From positions 1,619 through 65,618 of the forward strand of contig PMUS01000096.1 of NCBI GenBank assembly GCA_003166795.1: 64,000 bases of DNA. Reading direction: 5' to 3'. Below, piece after piece: positions 8,502-18,323 of this stretch. Numbering within the stretch: position 1 is the first letter of the stretch; every line of letters starts with the position of its first letter. The position numbers and the translations under genes are program-made. Source of the stretch: Acidobacteriota bacterium (GTDB lineage Bacteria; Acidobacteriota; Terriglobia; Acidiferrales; UBA7541). The notes under the pieces are model-generated. The model saw only the letters and a program-made list of their open reading frames with translations, was not told the DNA's origin and did not search any database.

Positions 8502-8765
8502 ATCGTTACGAATCTCGTAGTTCCCAAGACGGGCGGCATGAACACGACGAAAGTCACCATAGTCCGCTGGATCAGGAGCGAGGGCGACGCGTTCAAGCAG
8601 GGAGAACCCATCGTCGAGCTTGAGACAGAAAAGGTGAGCTACGAGCTTGACGCGCCCGTTGACGGCGTGCTGCTCAAGATATTGGTGCGCGAGCCGGCGG
8701 AAGTCGAGGTCGGCGGCCTGCTCGGATATATCGGCAAAGCGGGAGACGCCGTACCAGCATCCTAA
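8502..8765 (+). CDS. free-standing lipoyl/biotinyl attachment domain protein (lipoyl carrier)
   Basis: VELETEKVSYELDAPVDGVL contains the E-T-E-K lipoyl-lysine context. The track ORF starts at ATG 8538, which would delete the first beta-strand. AAGGA at 8490-8494 sits 7 nt upstream of in-frame ATC 8502, so the 5' end is uncertain. Confidence 0.7.
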   Translation: MVTNLVVPKTGGMNTTKVTIVRWIRSEGDAFKQGEPIVELETEKVSYELDAPVDGVLLKILVREPAEVEVGGLLGYIGKAGDAVPAS

Positions 8766-8791
8766 GGAATCGTAAGGCGGAGGAATCAGCA

Positions 8792-9823
8792 ATGCCAAAT
8801 TCAAGCCAGCTCTCGAGAGATCGCCTGATCTGGATGTACACGCAGATGTGCCGGATCCGCGAGTTCGAGGAACGCGTGAAGCGAACTTTCGTGGAGCATC
8901 CTGGCGTGATTCGCGGCCACGCGCATCTTGCGGACGGCGCGGAGGCAAGCATCGTGGGCTGCCTCGCGACGCGGCAGGAAAACGACCTGGTGATGCCGAG
9001 TTACCGCTGCCACGGTTATCCGCTTGTGCTGGGCACGCCCGCGCGAGCTCTGATGGCGGAGATATACCAGCGCAAAGATGGCGTCTGCAAAGGATTCGGC
9101 GGGTCCATGCACCTGGCCGATCCGACGCGCCATTTTCCAACAGCGTCGGGGATCATCGGCCAGGGAATCGCGCATGCAGCCGGCGCCGCGTACGCCGCGC
9201 AGGTGAAAAAAACAGGACAGGTGATTTATTCTTTCTTCGGCGACGGCTCGTCGAAGCAGGGAGCGTTCTACGAGACGCTGAACATGGCGGCTGTGTGGAA
9301 GCTGCCGGTCGTTTTTGTTCTCGAGAATAACGAATACCAGGCATACACGCACGTGAGCCTGGAAGACGCGAACGCCAAGGCCGGCGATCCACTGTCGCAA
9401 AAGGCGAAAGCGTTCAGCATTCCGGGTGTGACCGTGGACGGTACGGACCCGCTTAAGGTGTACGACGCAGTGGGCACGGCCGTGGATCGCGCGCGAGCCG
9501 GCGAGGGACCGTCGCTGATCGAGTCGAAGTTCTACCGCATGAGCCCGCACGGAAACGCGATCACGGTGCCGCCCGTGCCGACTCAATTCCAGGAACACGA
9601 GTCCATCGAGGTGTACGGCAACAAGGCCGAGTTCGAAGCGGCGAAGAAAAACGATCCGATCGGAAAGTTCCGCGCGCACCTGATTGGCAACGGCACTTTC
9701 GCCGATGCGGACGCCAAGAAAATCGAAGAGTCCGTGCGCGCCGAGATGGAAGACGTGGTGAAGTTCGCGCTGGCGAGCCCATTGCCGTCGCCCGCGGACG
9801 CGCTCAATTACGTGTGGGCGTAG
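8792..9823 (+). CDS. thiamine diphosphate-dependent 2-oxoacid dehydrogenase E1 component, alpha subunit
   Basis: 343 aa. The TPP motif is FFGDGSSKQGAFYETLNMAAVWKLPVVFVLENNEY. A GGAGGA Shine-Dalgarno precedes the ATG. Confidence 0.9.
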   Translation: MPNSSQLSRDRLIWMYTQMCRIREFEERVKRTFVEHPGVIRGHAHLADGAEASIVGCLATRQENDLVMPSYRCHGYPLVLGTPARALMAEIYQRKDGVCKGFGGSMHLADPTRHFPTASGIIGQGIAHAAGAAYAAQVKKTGQVIYSFFGDGSSKQGAFYETLNMAAVWKLPVVFVLENNEYQAYTHVSLEDANAKAGDPLSQKAKAFSIPGVTVDGTDPLKVYDAVGTAVDRARAGEGPSLIESKFYRMSPHGNAITVPPVPTQFQEHESIEVYGNKAEFEAAKKNDPIGKFRAHLIGNGTFADADAKKIEESVRAEMEDVVKFALASPLPSPADALNYVWA

Positions 9824-9853
9824 AAAGTACGCCGGGAAATCAAGGAGGCAGGC

Positions 9854-10834
9854 ATGCCGCGCGAAATGATGTTTGCTGAAGCGATCGCCGTGGCGATCAC
9901 GGAAGAAATGCAGCGCGACGCGAACGTCGTGTTCTACGGCCAGAACATGGCGATGACGGACCGGGATCCGTTCGTGCGTAAATTCGGGAAAGACCGCGTG
10001 CGAATCACGCCGATTTCCGAAACCGCCGAGCTGGGTATTGCCGTCGGCGCGGCGATGATGGGACTGCGTCCGATCGTCGAGCTCTACATGAGCGAGTTCA
10101 TGCTCGTGGCGTTCGACGAAGTGATCAACGAAGCGCCGCGGCTTCGCTACATGTCCGGCGGACAGGTCAAAGTGCCGACCGTTTTCAAGGCAGGATTCGG
10201 ATTCGCGGCCGGCTGGGCCGGGCAGCACTCGAATTGCATTTACGGCCCGCTGATGGGCATTCCCGGTCTCAAAGTGGCAGTTCCTTCCAGCGCCGCCGAC
10301 GCGCTGGGATTGATGAAGTCCGCGATCCGCGACGATAATCCGGTGGTCTATCTGCACCACTACATGCTGATGCTCGACAAGTGCCCGGTGCCGGACGGAG
10401 ATTATTTGGTGCCATTCGGAGTGGCGGACATCAAGCGCGCCGGAACGGATGTGACCATCGTGGCCACCGCGTGGATGGTGAAAAAATCGCTGGCTGCGGC
10501 GGAAACCCTGGCGAAGGAAGGCATCAGCGCGGAGGTGATTGACCCGCGCACGCTTTCGCCGCTCGACACCAAGACGATCATCGAGTCCGTGAAAAAGACG
10601 GGCCGGCTGGTGCTGGTGGATCAGGCGCCGAAGCATGCGTCGGCTGCCATTGTGATCGCGGGCGAAGTGGCCGAGCAGGGATTCAAATATCTGAAGGCGC
10701 CGGTGAAGATGGTGACGGCGCTCGATACTTCGGTTCCCTACAGCGAGCCGATGGAGAGTTTCGTCCTGCCGAGCGAAGAGAAAATCATAAGCGCAGTCAA
10801 ATCCGTAGTCGGTGCGCGAGTGGCGGCGGATTAA
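9854..10834 (+). CDS. 2-oxoacid dehydrogenase E1 component, beta subunit (transketolase-like)
   Basis: 326 aa. ITPISETAELGIAVGAAMMGLRPIVE and the C-terminal IDPRTLSPLD are typical E1 beta blocks. Confidence 0.9.
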   Translation: MPREMMFAEAIAVAITEEMQRDANVVFYGQNMAMTDRDPFVRKFGKDRVRITPISETAELGIAVGAAMMGLRPIVELYMSEFMLVAFDEVINEAPRLRYMSGGQVKVPTVFKAGFGFAAGWAGQHSNCIYGPLMGIPGLKVAVPSSAADALGLMKSAIRDDNPVVYLHHYMLMLDKCPVPDGDYLVPFGVADIKRAGTDVTIVATAWMVKKSLAAAETLAKEGISAEVIDPRTLSPLDTKTIIESVKKTGRLVLVDQAPKHASAAIVIAGEVAEQGFKYLKAPVKMVTALDTSVPYSEPMESFVLPSEEKIISAVKSVVGARVAAD

Positions 10835-10867
10835 CGCCAGAGGCGCTTCCCGGCGGCAGCGCGGGAT

Positions 10868-11719
10868 CTAGCGCGGAAATTGCGCAATCGTGGTATTAAA
10901 CGCGCCGGTGGAGGCCTGCTCGAGCGTTTTCTTCCGCAATTCTTCGTTCAAGACTTCGATTCCCCACGGTCCTTGGTAGCCGGCTTTCTGAATGGCGGCC
11001 ACGAAGCCCTTCACGTCAAACTCCCCTTCTCCGCATAGCCTTCGATGGTTGATCGTATCTTCGTGCAGGCTCCAGGGACATTCAAACGTGCCGTCGTTGA
11101 TCTCCACGCCCAGCATGTATTTCAGCGGCACACGCGCGACCTTTTCGTACGGGATCTTCAGCTTCACGATGTGCCATAGGTCGAAGCAAATTCCGCCGTT
11201 CTTGGCACCCGCGCCGTCCACGAGCGCGAGAGCCTTCTCGACGGAATCCAAATCGCAGAAAGGCATCATCTCGTAGATAATCCGCGTGCCATGATTTGCC
11301 CCGTCCGTGCATAGCGCGGAGAAAGCCTCGATCATGCGCGGCATCGCGACATTCGTCTTCTCGAAGTGCCCCACTTTGATGTGCCGCGCGCCGAACACTT
11401 CCGCGGCAGTCAGCAGCAATTTCCTCGCAATATCCGATTGTTTTTTCTCCTCGCCATCCAAAAACCAGCCGGTTAGAAATTCAAGCTCGACGTGCTTGAT
11501 GCCATTGTCGTCGAAAATCTGCTTCATTTCCTTCAGGCTGCGCTTCTTGAGCGTGTGGGCCAGGTCCGAGTGCCAAATCCCGATTCCCTTGAAACCGGCG
11601 CGCGCGGCGGCTTCTACGCGGTCCTTGAAATCAAACGGGCTGTAGTCCTTGTCCGTGTGCGGTTCGGCAGCGCCTGCAAGCGTCCAGTACGAGCCGAGCA
11701 AATCCACATTCGTCGCCAT
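10868..11719 (-). CDS. sugar phosphate isomerase/epimerase (xylose isomerase-like TIM barrel) family protein
   Basis: 283 aa. GFKGIGIW, HVELEF, ARHIKVGHF and FDLWH follow the AP-endonuclease-2/TIM-barrel pattern. Confidence 0.75.
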   Translation of the reverse strand: MATNVDLLGSYWTLAGAAEPHTDKDYSPFDFKDRVEAAARAGFKGIGIWHSDLAHTLKKRSLKEMKQIFDDNGIKHVELEFLTGWFLDGEEKKQSDIARKLLLTAAEVFGARHIKVGHFEKTNVAMPRMIEAFSALCTDGANHGTRIIYEMMPFCDLDSVEKALALVDGAGAKNGGICFDLWHIVKLKIPYEKVARVPLKYMLGVEINDGTFECPWSLHEDTINHRRLCGEGEFDVKGFVAAIQKAGYQGPWGIEVLNEELRKKTLEQASTGAFNTTIAQFPR

Positions 11720-11866
11720 CGTTGATTTCCCCCGTGAGAAACGCGCCGTGCGGCATCCTATTCCCTGCTCGCGGCCGAGTCAATGACCGTGGCCTGCCTC
11801 GGCGTGTGGCTCTGCAAATTTTGATGAGCGATGTTATCCTCTGAAATTCATTTCCACGGAGAGAAC

Positions 11867-12649
11867 ATGCTGCTCAAGGGACAGGTAGCGATCGTGACTG
11901 GCGGAGGGCGCGGAATCGGCCGCGCCATCGCGCGGCGATTTGCGGCTGAGGGCGCAGCGGTAGTCGTCGCGGCGCGCAGCGAGCACGAAATCAAGCAGGT
12001 TGTCGCGGAAATTCAGGGCGCCGGAGGCAAGGCGGCGGCGGTGCAGGCCGATCTGTCGCGGGAAGCAGATTGCAAGAAAATCGTGGATGGCGCTCGCGTC
12101 GCGTTTGGCGCGGTCCATATTCTCGTCAACAACGCCGCGATCTACGGGCCGATTCAGCCCATCGAGAAATTTCCGCTGCGTGATTGGGACGAAGTGATGG
12201 CCGTGAACTTGCGCGCGCCGCTGGTGCTCTCCCAACTCGTGCTCCCGGAAATGTACGCGCGCAAATCGGGTTCGATCTTGAATATCTCTACGGTCGGAGC
12301 GAAAGCCGCGTTTTCGTTGAGCGGCGCCTACACCGCGTCCAAGGCTGGACTCATCGGGCTGACGCGCACGACGGCCGCGGAAGCGGCGCGCCAGGGGGTG
12401 CGCGTCAACGCCATCTGCCCCGGGCCGGTGACGGAAACGAAAATGTCGCAAGATTTGACGCGCGAATTCGCGGCCCATTTCCAATCCGGGGGCGACGAAG
12501 TACTTAAGCAGATGATGCAGAGTATTTTGCAGGGAAGACCGCAGACGGCTGATGAAATTGCGTCCGCGGCCTTATTCCTGGTTTCCGATCAAGCCAGCGC
12601 GATTACTGGGCAGACTCTGAATGTGGATGGCGGAATGGTTTTTTACTGA
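11867..12649 (+). CDS. SDR family oxidoreductase
   Basis: VTGGGRGIG (TGxxxGIG), NNAA, YTASKAG (YxxxK) and the end LNVDGGMVFY. The start is placed at the ATG preceded by GGAGAG. Confidence 0.9.
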   Translation: MLLKGQVAIVTGGGRGIGRAIARRFAAEGAAVVVAARSEHEIKQVVAEIQGAGGKAAAVQADLSREADCKKIVDGARVAFGAVHILVNNAAIYGPIQPIEKFPLRDWDEVMAVNLRAPLVLSQLVLPEMYARKSGSILNISTVGAKAAFSLSGAYTASKAGLIGLTRTTAAEAARQGVRVNAICPGPVTETKMSQDLTREFAAHFQSGGDEVLKQMMQSILQGRPQTADEIASAALFLVSDQASAITGQTLNVDGGMVFY

Positions 12650-12944
12650 TTTCTTCGAACGTGCTGTAGCCGCGACGCGCCGAACTCGCTACCACGCGGG
12701 CTCCGGCTTCGGCCCAACCCCGGCCGTTCACTCCAACCGTGCCGACAACATAGAAAAATGCCGCCAGCGCAAACATGAACGCGAACAACATTCCGAAAAG
12801 TAGTTCCGCGGCGATTAATTCGCGCACGAAATAAAGTTGCAGGACGAGGAAGATTGCCAGGCCCCAGCCCACACGGTTTCTAACTTTCTTGTTCTGCCAG
12901 AAGCTGCTTGCCAACTCTTTCAGTTCCCCTAAGACGGTTTTCAT
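12603..12944 (-). CDS. hypothetical small membrane protein
   Basis: MKTVLGELKELASSFWQNKK is followed by two hydrophobic segments. Its 3' end overlaps the convergent SDR gene by 47 nt. Confidence 0.45.
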   Translation of the reverse strand: MKTVLGELKELASSFWQNKKVRNRVGWGLAIFLVLQLYFVRELIAAELLFGMLFAFMFALAAFFYVVGTVGVNGRGWAEAGARVVASSARRGYSTFEEISKKPFRHPHSESAQ

Positions 12945-13187
12945 CGATCCTCTCGTGACTTCCACTGGATTAGATGCACGGTTGATTCCAAACGGACCAA
13001 GGGCTAAGTGATTGAAATATTGGAGGCTTGCGCGGCTTTCCCGAGAGGTAATGGAAAATAGTTTCTGCTTTTTGGGAAGGGCGGCGGGCGGCAAGCTGTT
13101 CCATTTCGAGACGCTTGCGCCGACAGTTTATGTCATCACGAAGGGAGCGATTCGGTTTTATTTCGCGCGACGAAAATCACAGAACGA

Positions 13188-14966
13188 TCAGCGTCCTTCA
13201 AACGGGTAGCGGTCCTGCGCGAGAACCGCTTCGGCAACGCGAGTCCGGAGCGCGATCGTGTCCACGGGCGCGTGCTTCGCGAGCCGCCGGAGCGCGGCAA
13301 GCTGCGTGACGAGCGCGTCGCCTTCCGACGTGGCAGCGAGCGCCGTTCGCGCTTCCTTCTCGATGCGGTCCATCGCGTCGTAGCCAAACGAGCGAGCGGC
13401 ATCGGCCATCGGCGAATTCGCGGCCGCAGATTTCTGCGCGCGCCGCAAACTGGATTCGATGGCGTACACGTCCATCACGATATTCGAAAGCGCGGCGACA
13501 ATTTCCTGGTGGTCCGCAAGCTTGTCGCGGAACTTCTCGACTGCCGCGCCGGCGGCCAGCAGAAACACTTTTTTCGCCTGCGCGAGCGAGCGCTCTTCCT
13601 CGGCGAACGCCCCCGTGGACGGCTCCTCGAAGGAAGGCCCGGCGAGCAATTCGCCGGCGAGTTTCTTTGCGGCCGGAATCAGAGGCAGCGCGCCGGCCAT
13701 GGCGCGCTTCATCAGCATTTGGATAATCAGCATTCGGTTGATTTCGTTCGTGCCCTCGAATATCCGGTTGATACGGCTATCGCGATAGGCTCGCGCCATC
13801 GGATAATCCTCGTGGAAACCGTAGCCGCCGAAAATCTGCAAGCCCTCGTCCACGCAAAAGTCCAGCGTCTCGCTGCCGGCCACCTTGGTGATCGAGCTTT
13901 CGATGGCGTACTCCTCGAGCACCAGCATGGATTGCTTGACCTTGTCGGCGCCGCCGGTGGAAATCGCGGCTTCCATCATTCCGGCCGTGCGATAGATCAT
14001 TGATTCGAGCGCATAGATGCGAATTGCCATCTCGCCCAGCTTCGCCTTGATCAGGCCGAACTCACTGATTGACTTCCCGAACGCGACGCGCTCCCTGGAA
14101 TATTTTGAGGCCTCCTGAAGCGCCTTCTTCGATCCGCCCATGCAGGACACTCCCAGCGTGTACCGCCCGGCGTTGAGCGTATTGAATGCAACGATGTGGC
14201 CGCGGCCGATTTCGTGGAGAAGATTTTCCTTGGGCACCGGCGCATTTTCAAAGAAGAGCGGCACGGTGGAACTGCCGCGAATGCCCATCTTGTTTTCCTC
14301 GGCGCCCACGGTAAAGCCCGGCGTGCCGCGTTCGACGATGAAAGCCGAAAATTTCTCGCCATCCACTTTCGCGAACACGATGTACACATCGGCGAATCCG
14401 CCGTTCGTGATCCACATCTTCTGCCCGTTGAGAATCCAGTTCTTGCCGTCCGGCGAGAGCACAGCCCGCGTGCGCGCCGCGAGCGAATCCGATCCCGCTT
14501 GAGGCTCCGACAGACAATAGGCGGCGAGCAACTCGCCGGAAGCAATCTTCGGCAGGTATTTCCTCTTCTGCTCCTCGGTGCCAAAACTCGCGATGGGAAT
14601 CGTGCCGATTCCGGAGGTGCCCCCGAACGCAACGGCAAACGAAGCGTACACGCTGATCTTTTCCGTCAGCACCGTCGCGGAAATTTTGTCGAGCTCCGAC
14701 CCGCCGTATATCTCGGGAATGCCCGCGCCGAGAAGCCCGATCTCACCGGCTTTTTTCAGCGCCTGCGCCATCAGGCCTTCTTTGTGTTTTTCGAGGTCGG
14801 GTATCAGCGGGACAATTTCTTTCGCGACGAATTCCGCTGCCGTTTGGCCGATCAGACGCTGATCGTCCGTGACGTCCGCGGGCGTGAAAATTTCCGCCGG
14901 AGCGATCGGCGCCACCAAAAATGCGCCGCCGCGATTCACGGACTGCGAAACTGTTGTCGTCGCCAT
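13188..14966 (-). CDS. acyl-CoA dehydrogenase (long, FadE-like)
   Basis: AYCLSEPQAGSD, MWITNGGFADVY and the C-terminal helical domain are present. The start is at ATG 14966, preceded by AAAGGAGAG. Confidence 0.9.
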   Translation of the reverse strand: MATTTVSQSVNRGGAFLVAPIAPAEIFTPADVTDDQRLIGQTAAEFVAKEIVPLIPDLEKHKEGLMAQALKKAGEIGLLGAGIPEIYGGSELDKISATVLTEKISVYASFAVAFGGTSGIGTIPIASFGTEEQKRKYLPKIASGELLAAYCLSEPQAGSDSLAARTRAVLSPDGKNWILNGQKMWITNGGFADVYIVFAKVDGEKFSAFIVERGTPGFTVGAEENKMGIRGSSTVPLFFENAPVPKENLLHEIGRGHIVAFNTLNAGRYTLGVSCMGGSKKALQEASKYSRERVAFGKSISEFGLIKAKLGEMAIRIYALESMIYRTAGMMEAAISTGGADKVKQSMLVLEEYAIESSITKVAGSETLDFCVDEGLQIFGGYGFHEDYPMARAYRDSRINRIFEGTNEINRMLIIQMLMKRAMAGALPLIPAAKKLAGELLAGPSFEEPSTGAFAEEERSLAQAKKVFLLAAGAAVEKFRDKLADHQEIVAALSNIVMDVYAIESSLRRAQKSAAANSPMADAARSFGYDAMDRIEKEARTALAATSEGDALVTQLAALRRLAKHAPVDTIALRTRVAEAVLAQDRYPFEGR

Positions 14967-14997
14967 GAATATCTCTCCTTTCCCCGCCGTTACCGAA

Positions 14998-16200
14998 TCA
15001 AGCCGCGCGTTCGAAAATGCCCGCCGCGCCCATGCCGCCGCCAATGCACATCGTCACCAGTCCGTACCGCGCATTGCGCCGCTCCATCTCGCGCAGGATC
15101 GTGGCCGTGAGCTTCGCGCCGGTGCAACCAAGCGGATGGCCGAGCGCGACCGCGCCGCCGTTCACGTTGACACGCGCTGGATCGAGGCCCGCGACCTTGA
15201 TCACCGACATCGCCTGCGCGGCGAATGCCTCGTTCAACTCGATCACGTCAATCTGATCGAGCTTCAATCCCGCGATTTTGAGCGCCTTTGGAATTGCATA
15301 CACCGGGCCGATGCCCATCTCTTCGGGCGGAGCTCCGGCGGTTGCGTAGGCAACGAAACGCGCCAGCGGCTTCAGACCCAACTCTCGCGCGCGCTCGGCG
15401 CTCATCACCACCGACGCCGCAGCGCCATCGCTCATCTGCGAGCTATTCCCCGCCGTCACCACGCCGCGCGCGTGAAACGCGGGTTTCAACTTGCCGAGCG
15501 CTTCGACCGAGGTATCGGCTCGCGGGCCTTCGTCGGTATCGAATGTAATGTTCACCGTTTTCGGCCTCGCGCCGCTTCCGGAACCGTTCGCGCTGGCTTC
15601 AAGAACGGTGTAGCTCACGGCCACCGGTACGATCTCGTCCTTGAACTTGCCCGCGGCAATCGCCGCGAGCGCTTTCTGATGGCTCGCGAACGAGAATTCA
15701 TCGGCCTGCTGGCGCGTGATCCCGTATTTCTTCGCCAGATTTTCGGCCGTCAAGCCCATGTTGATGTAGGCGTCCGGATAATTGTCCATCAGCCACGGAT
15801 TCGGCGCGATTTTGTGCCCGCCCATGGGAACCATGCTCATGGACTCAGCGCCGCCCGCGATGGCCACGTCGCCCTGTCCCGCCATGATTCGCTCCGCCGC
15901 GATCGCGATGGATTGCAAACCCGACGAACAAAACCGGTTGACGGTCATCGCCGAGACGCTAACGGGCAATCCCGCGCGCAGCGAGGCAATTCGCGCGAGA
16001 TTCATTCCCTGCTCCGCTTCCGGCGTCGCGCAGCCGATGATTACATCCTCGATGTCCTCAGGATTGACGCCCTTCGCGCGCGCCAGCGCTTCCTTGATCA
16101 CGAGCGCAGCCAGATCGTCCGGGCGCGTCGCGCGCAGCGTTCCCTTCGGCGCCTTGCCCACGGCCGTCCGCACCGAGCTCACAAGCACCGCTTCTCGCAT
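14998..16200 (-). CDS. acetyl-CoA C-acyltransferase (thiolase)
   Basis: 400 aa with [10 protein letters not shown] (active-site Cys), [27 protein letters not shown] and CIGGGMG. Confidence 0.95.
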   Translation of the reverse strand: MREAVLVSSVRTAVGKAPKGTLRATRPDDLAALVIKEALARAKGVNPEDIEDVIIGCATPEAEQGMNLARIASLRAGLPVSVSAMTVNRFCSSGLQSIAIAAERIMAGQGDVAIAGGAESMSMVPMGGHKIAPNPWLMDNYPDAYINMGLTAENLAKKYGITRQQADEFSFASHQKALAAIAAGKFKDEIVPVAVSYTVLEASANGSGSGARPKTVNITFDTDEGPRADTSVEALGKLKPAFHARGVVTAGNSSQMSDGAAASVVMSAERARELGLKPLARFVAYATAGAPPEEMGIGPVYAIPKALKIAGLKLDQIDVIELNEAFAAQAMSVIKVAGLDPARVNVNGGAVALGHPLGCTGAKLTATILREMERRNARYGLVTMCIGGGMGAAGIFERAA

Positions 16201-16348
16201 GGCTCACCTCAGAGGGGATGCAGGCTCCATCGTCACTTCCTGCTCCATTGGATGCCACTGGACAAAAAAAAGCAACCGCACAGGGATTTCGAGCCGTACG
16301 AAAAAGCAGCGTCAACGGAACTGGAAGTATCGGAGCTACGATCGATCG

Positions 16349-18184
16349 CTATTTGTGGAACTGGATCGTCACCGTAGTTTGCACGGTTACCGGCTCGCCG
16401 TTCAGCATCGCGGGCTGATACTTCCAGCGGCGCAGTGCGTCCACCGCGGCCTGGCGAAGTATCGGCGGACCCGAGATCACTTTCGTGGCTACCACGTTGC
16501 CGGCCAGACCTATTGACGCTTCGACCACAACGTTGCCTTCGATTCCGCTTGATCTCGCGATCGAGGGATACACGGGCAGAACCGAGGTCACCAGTTTCGG
16601 CGGTCTGACAAAGCCACCGAGACGCAGCGGAGGAGCAGCGGGCGGCGGAGGCGCCACATCGGAATTGGCACCGATACCTTGAAGCTCGCCATTCGGAGAA
16701 GCTGCGCTTGCGTCAACGGACGGTGCAGAATCCGCGTCGTCCGAAGCAGAGCGCTGCGCGGAAACGGGATGAGCGTTCAGGGTGGCCGACATATCGGGCA
16801 TTGCTTTAGCGACTTTCTGACTGCCGGGCGCGCTCGGTTGCGCGCGCGCGGGAGCAGAAACCCGCTCAGCATTTAGAGGTGTCGCATTGCCGACGTGAAT
16901 CGCAACTCCGGCGCCGGTCGCGGCGGCGGAGGGATTCGACTGGTTCACTTGCGCCGCTGAGTTCGATGCGGAAGGTTGGCCGGAATTGCTCTCACCGTTC
17001 GAAGTGGAGTCGAGGGCCGCAGGCGGAGCCACCGGAGCAGACACGGACGCTGACCTCGCGTGTGAGTTCGCGGCAGGCCACACGTGGAAATAGAAGGCTC
17101 CGCTTGCTCCAACCACGAATAGCGCCGCAATTCCAGTCGCGATCAAAAACCAATTTGGGCCCGAATCCTTGGCGACCGCTGCTACGTCCTCGGAGACATC
17201 GAGCGCGGTCGAATTGAATCGCGCGCCGAAGGCTTTCTGCGGTGCGGAATGTGCCCCGACGGAAGTGGCGCCCGCCGCGAGACTGCCGAACGTCGCGGCT
17301 GGCTTCTCCTGCGACGATTCCGCGAGGTCCTCCGATATATCCGTCATCTCGCCAGGGACACCCGCGCCCATGGAAATGGAAATCGGCGCCGCCACGTGCG
17401 CATCTCCGCGCAACTCGGTCATCGAAAGAGACGCTACCGGAGCGGTGAACCGCTCCGCGTTCTTCTTGCTGGAAGTTGACGACGCTGCCGGCTGCACGTC
17501 CTCTTGCGCGCCGATCGCGACGAACGAAGATGCGGGCTTGCTCACCTGCGCGATATGCTCCCTCAACGCGCTTGCGGCCGTCACAGGGCTTACGGAGACG
17601 ACTGGCTCGGCAAGCTTCCCAGTCGTCGCTTGCAGATTAGCGGCGGGCGCCCACGAAATTTCCTGCCCGGGTTTCGCTTCGGCTTTTTCGGCAGGCGCTT
17701 CGGCGACGATGGGCACAGGCGGCGGAGGGGGTGGAACAAATGCCTTTACGGGTTCAACTCCGTCGCTGGCGAAATGAACGCCCCAATATCCCGGCTGGCG
17801 ATTCGTGAACTCCAGTTCGACGTAGCTCTGAGTCTGCGCGTACGCGCGCACCTTCACGACGCGGCAAATGGCATCGTGCCCGGATTTCAGATTCGTGAGC
17901 ACCACCATTTGTCCCGCGGCCACGCCGGTGGACATTCGCAGCACTCCGCCCTGCGGAAATACGATCATGGTGGAGGTCTGCTCTTCGAATGGCTCGGTGT
18001 GCGGCGTAATCCCGCGAATCACTTCCGTCACGCGCGAGCCGTGCACCTTCACAGGCACATCCAGCGAGACCGCGTCGGCGCGGAGCTGGCCAGTATCTGA
18101 CTTCGGCCGCTCGCTCACCTGCGTCGTCGTGGCTTCAGCGACGGGCGCCGCGGCTTCCAAAGTATCTTTGAGTGGCGTCATCAT
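16349..18184 (-). CDS. TonB C-terminal domain protein with unassigned N-terminal globular domain and long Ala/Pro/Ser linker
   Basis: The C-terminus PVYPSIARSSGIEGNVVVEASIGLAGNVVATKVISGPPILRQAAVDALRRWKYQP is a TonB_C fold. There is one TM segment (WFLIATGIAALFVVGASGAFYF). Confidence 0.8.
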   Translation of the reverse strand: MMTPLKDTLEAAAPVAEATTTQVSERPKSDTGQLRADAVSLDVPVKVHGSRVTEVIRGITPHTEPFEEQTSTMIVFPQGGVLRMSTGVAAGQMVVLTNLKSGHDAICRVVKVRAYAQTQSYVELEFTNRQPGYWGVHFASDGVEPVKAFVPPPPPPVPIVAEAPAEKAEAKPGQEISWAPAANLQATTGKLAEPVVSVSPVTAASALREHIAQVSKPASSFVAIGAQEDVQPAASSTSSKKNAERFTAPVASLSMTELRGDAHVAAPISISMGAGVPGEMTDISEDLAESSQEKPAATFGSLAAGATSVGAHSAPQKAFGARFNSTALDVSEDVAAVAKDSGPNWFLIATGIAALFVVGASGAFYFHVWPAANSHARSASVSAPVAPPAALDSTSNGESNSGQPSASNSAAQVNQSNPSAAATGAGVAIHVGNATPLNAERVSAPARAQPSAPGSQKVAKAMPDMSATLNAHPVSAQRSASDDADSAPSVDASAASPNGELQGIGANSDVAPPPPAAPPLRLGGFVRPPKLVTSVLPVYPSIARSSGIEGNVVVEASIGLAGNVVATKVISGPPILRQAAVDALRRWKYQPAMLNGEPVTVQTTVTIQFHK

Positions 18185-18323
18185 AGTACGAACGGCCGCA
18201 TGCCGTTCCCCCTGAAAAAGCCTGATTTATGGCTGCTATTGCAATTTTCGGCGAGAGGAATAGTTGCGGCAATAGTACCTTCGTACCCCCGGGAAACATT
18301 CGCCTCGAAACGGCTCGGGAAGA

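Noticed and set aside
8801-10636. 611-aa ORF antisense to the E1 alpha/beta genes
   Set aside because: The translation is Arg/His/Ala-rich and low in complexity. It lies exactly opposite two genes with strong family motifs. This is the usual high-GC antisense open frame.
14869-16377. 502-aa ORF antisense to the thiolase gene
   Set aside because: It has the same Arg-rich shadow-frame composition, and the thiolase on the other strand carries all of its catalytic motifs.
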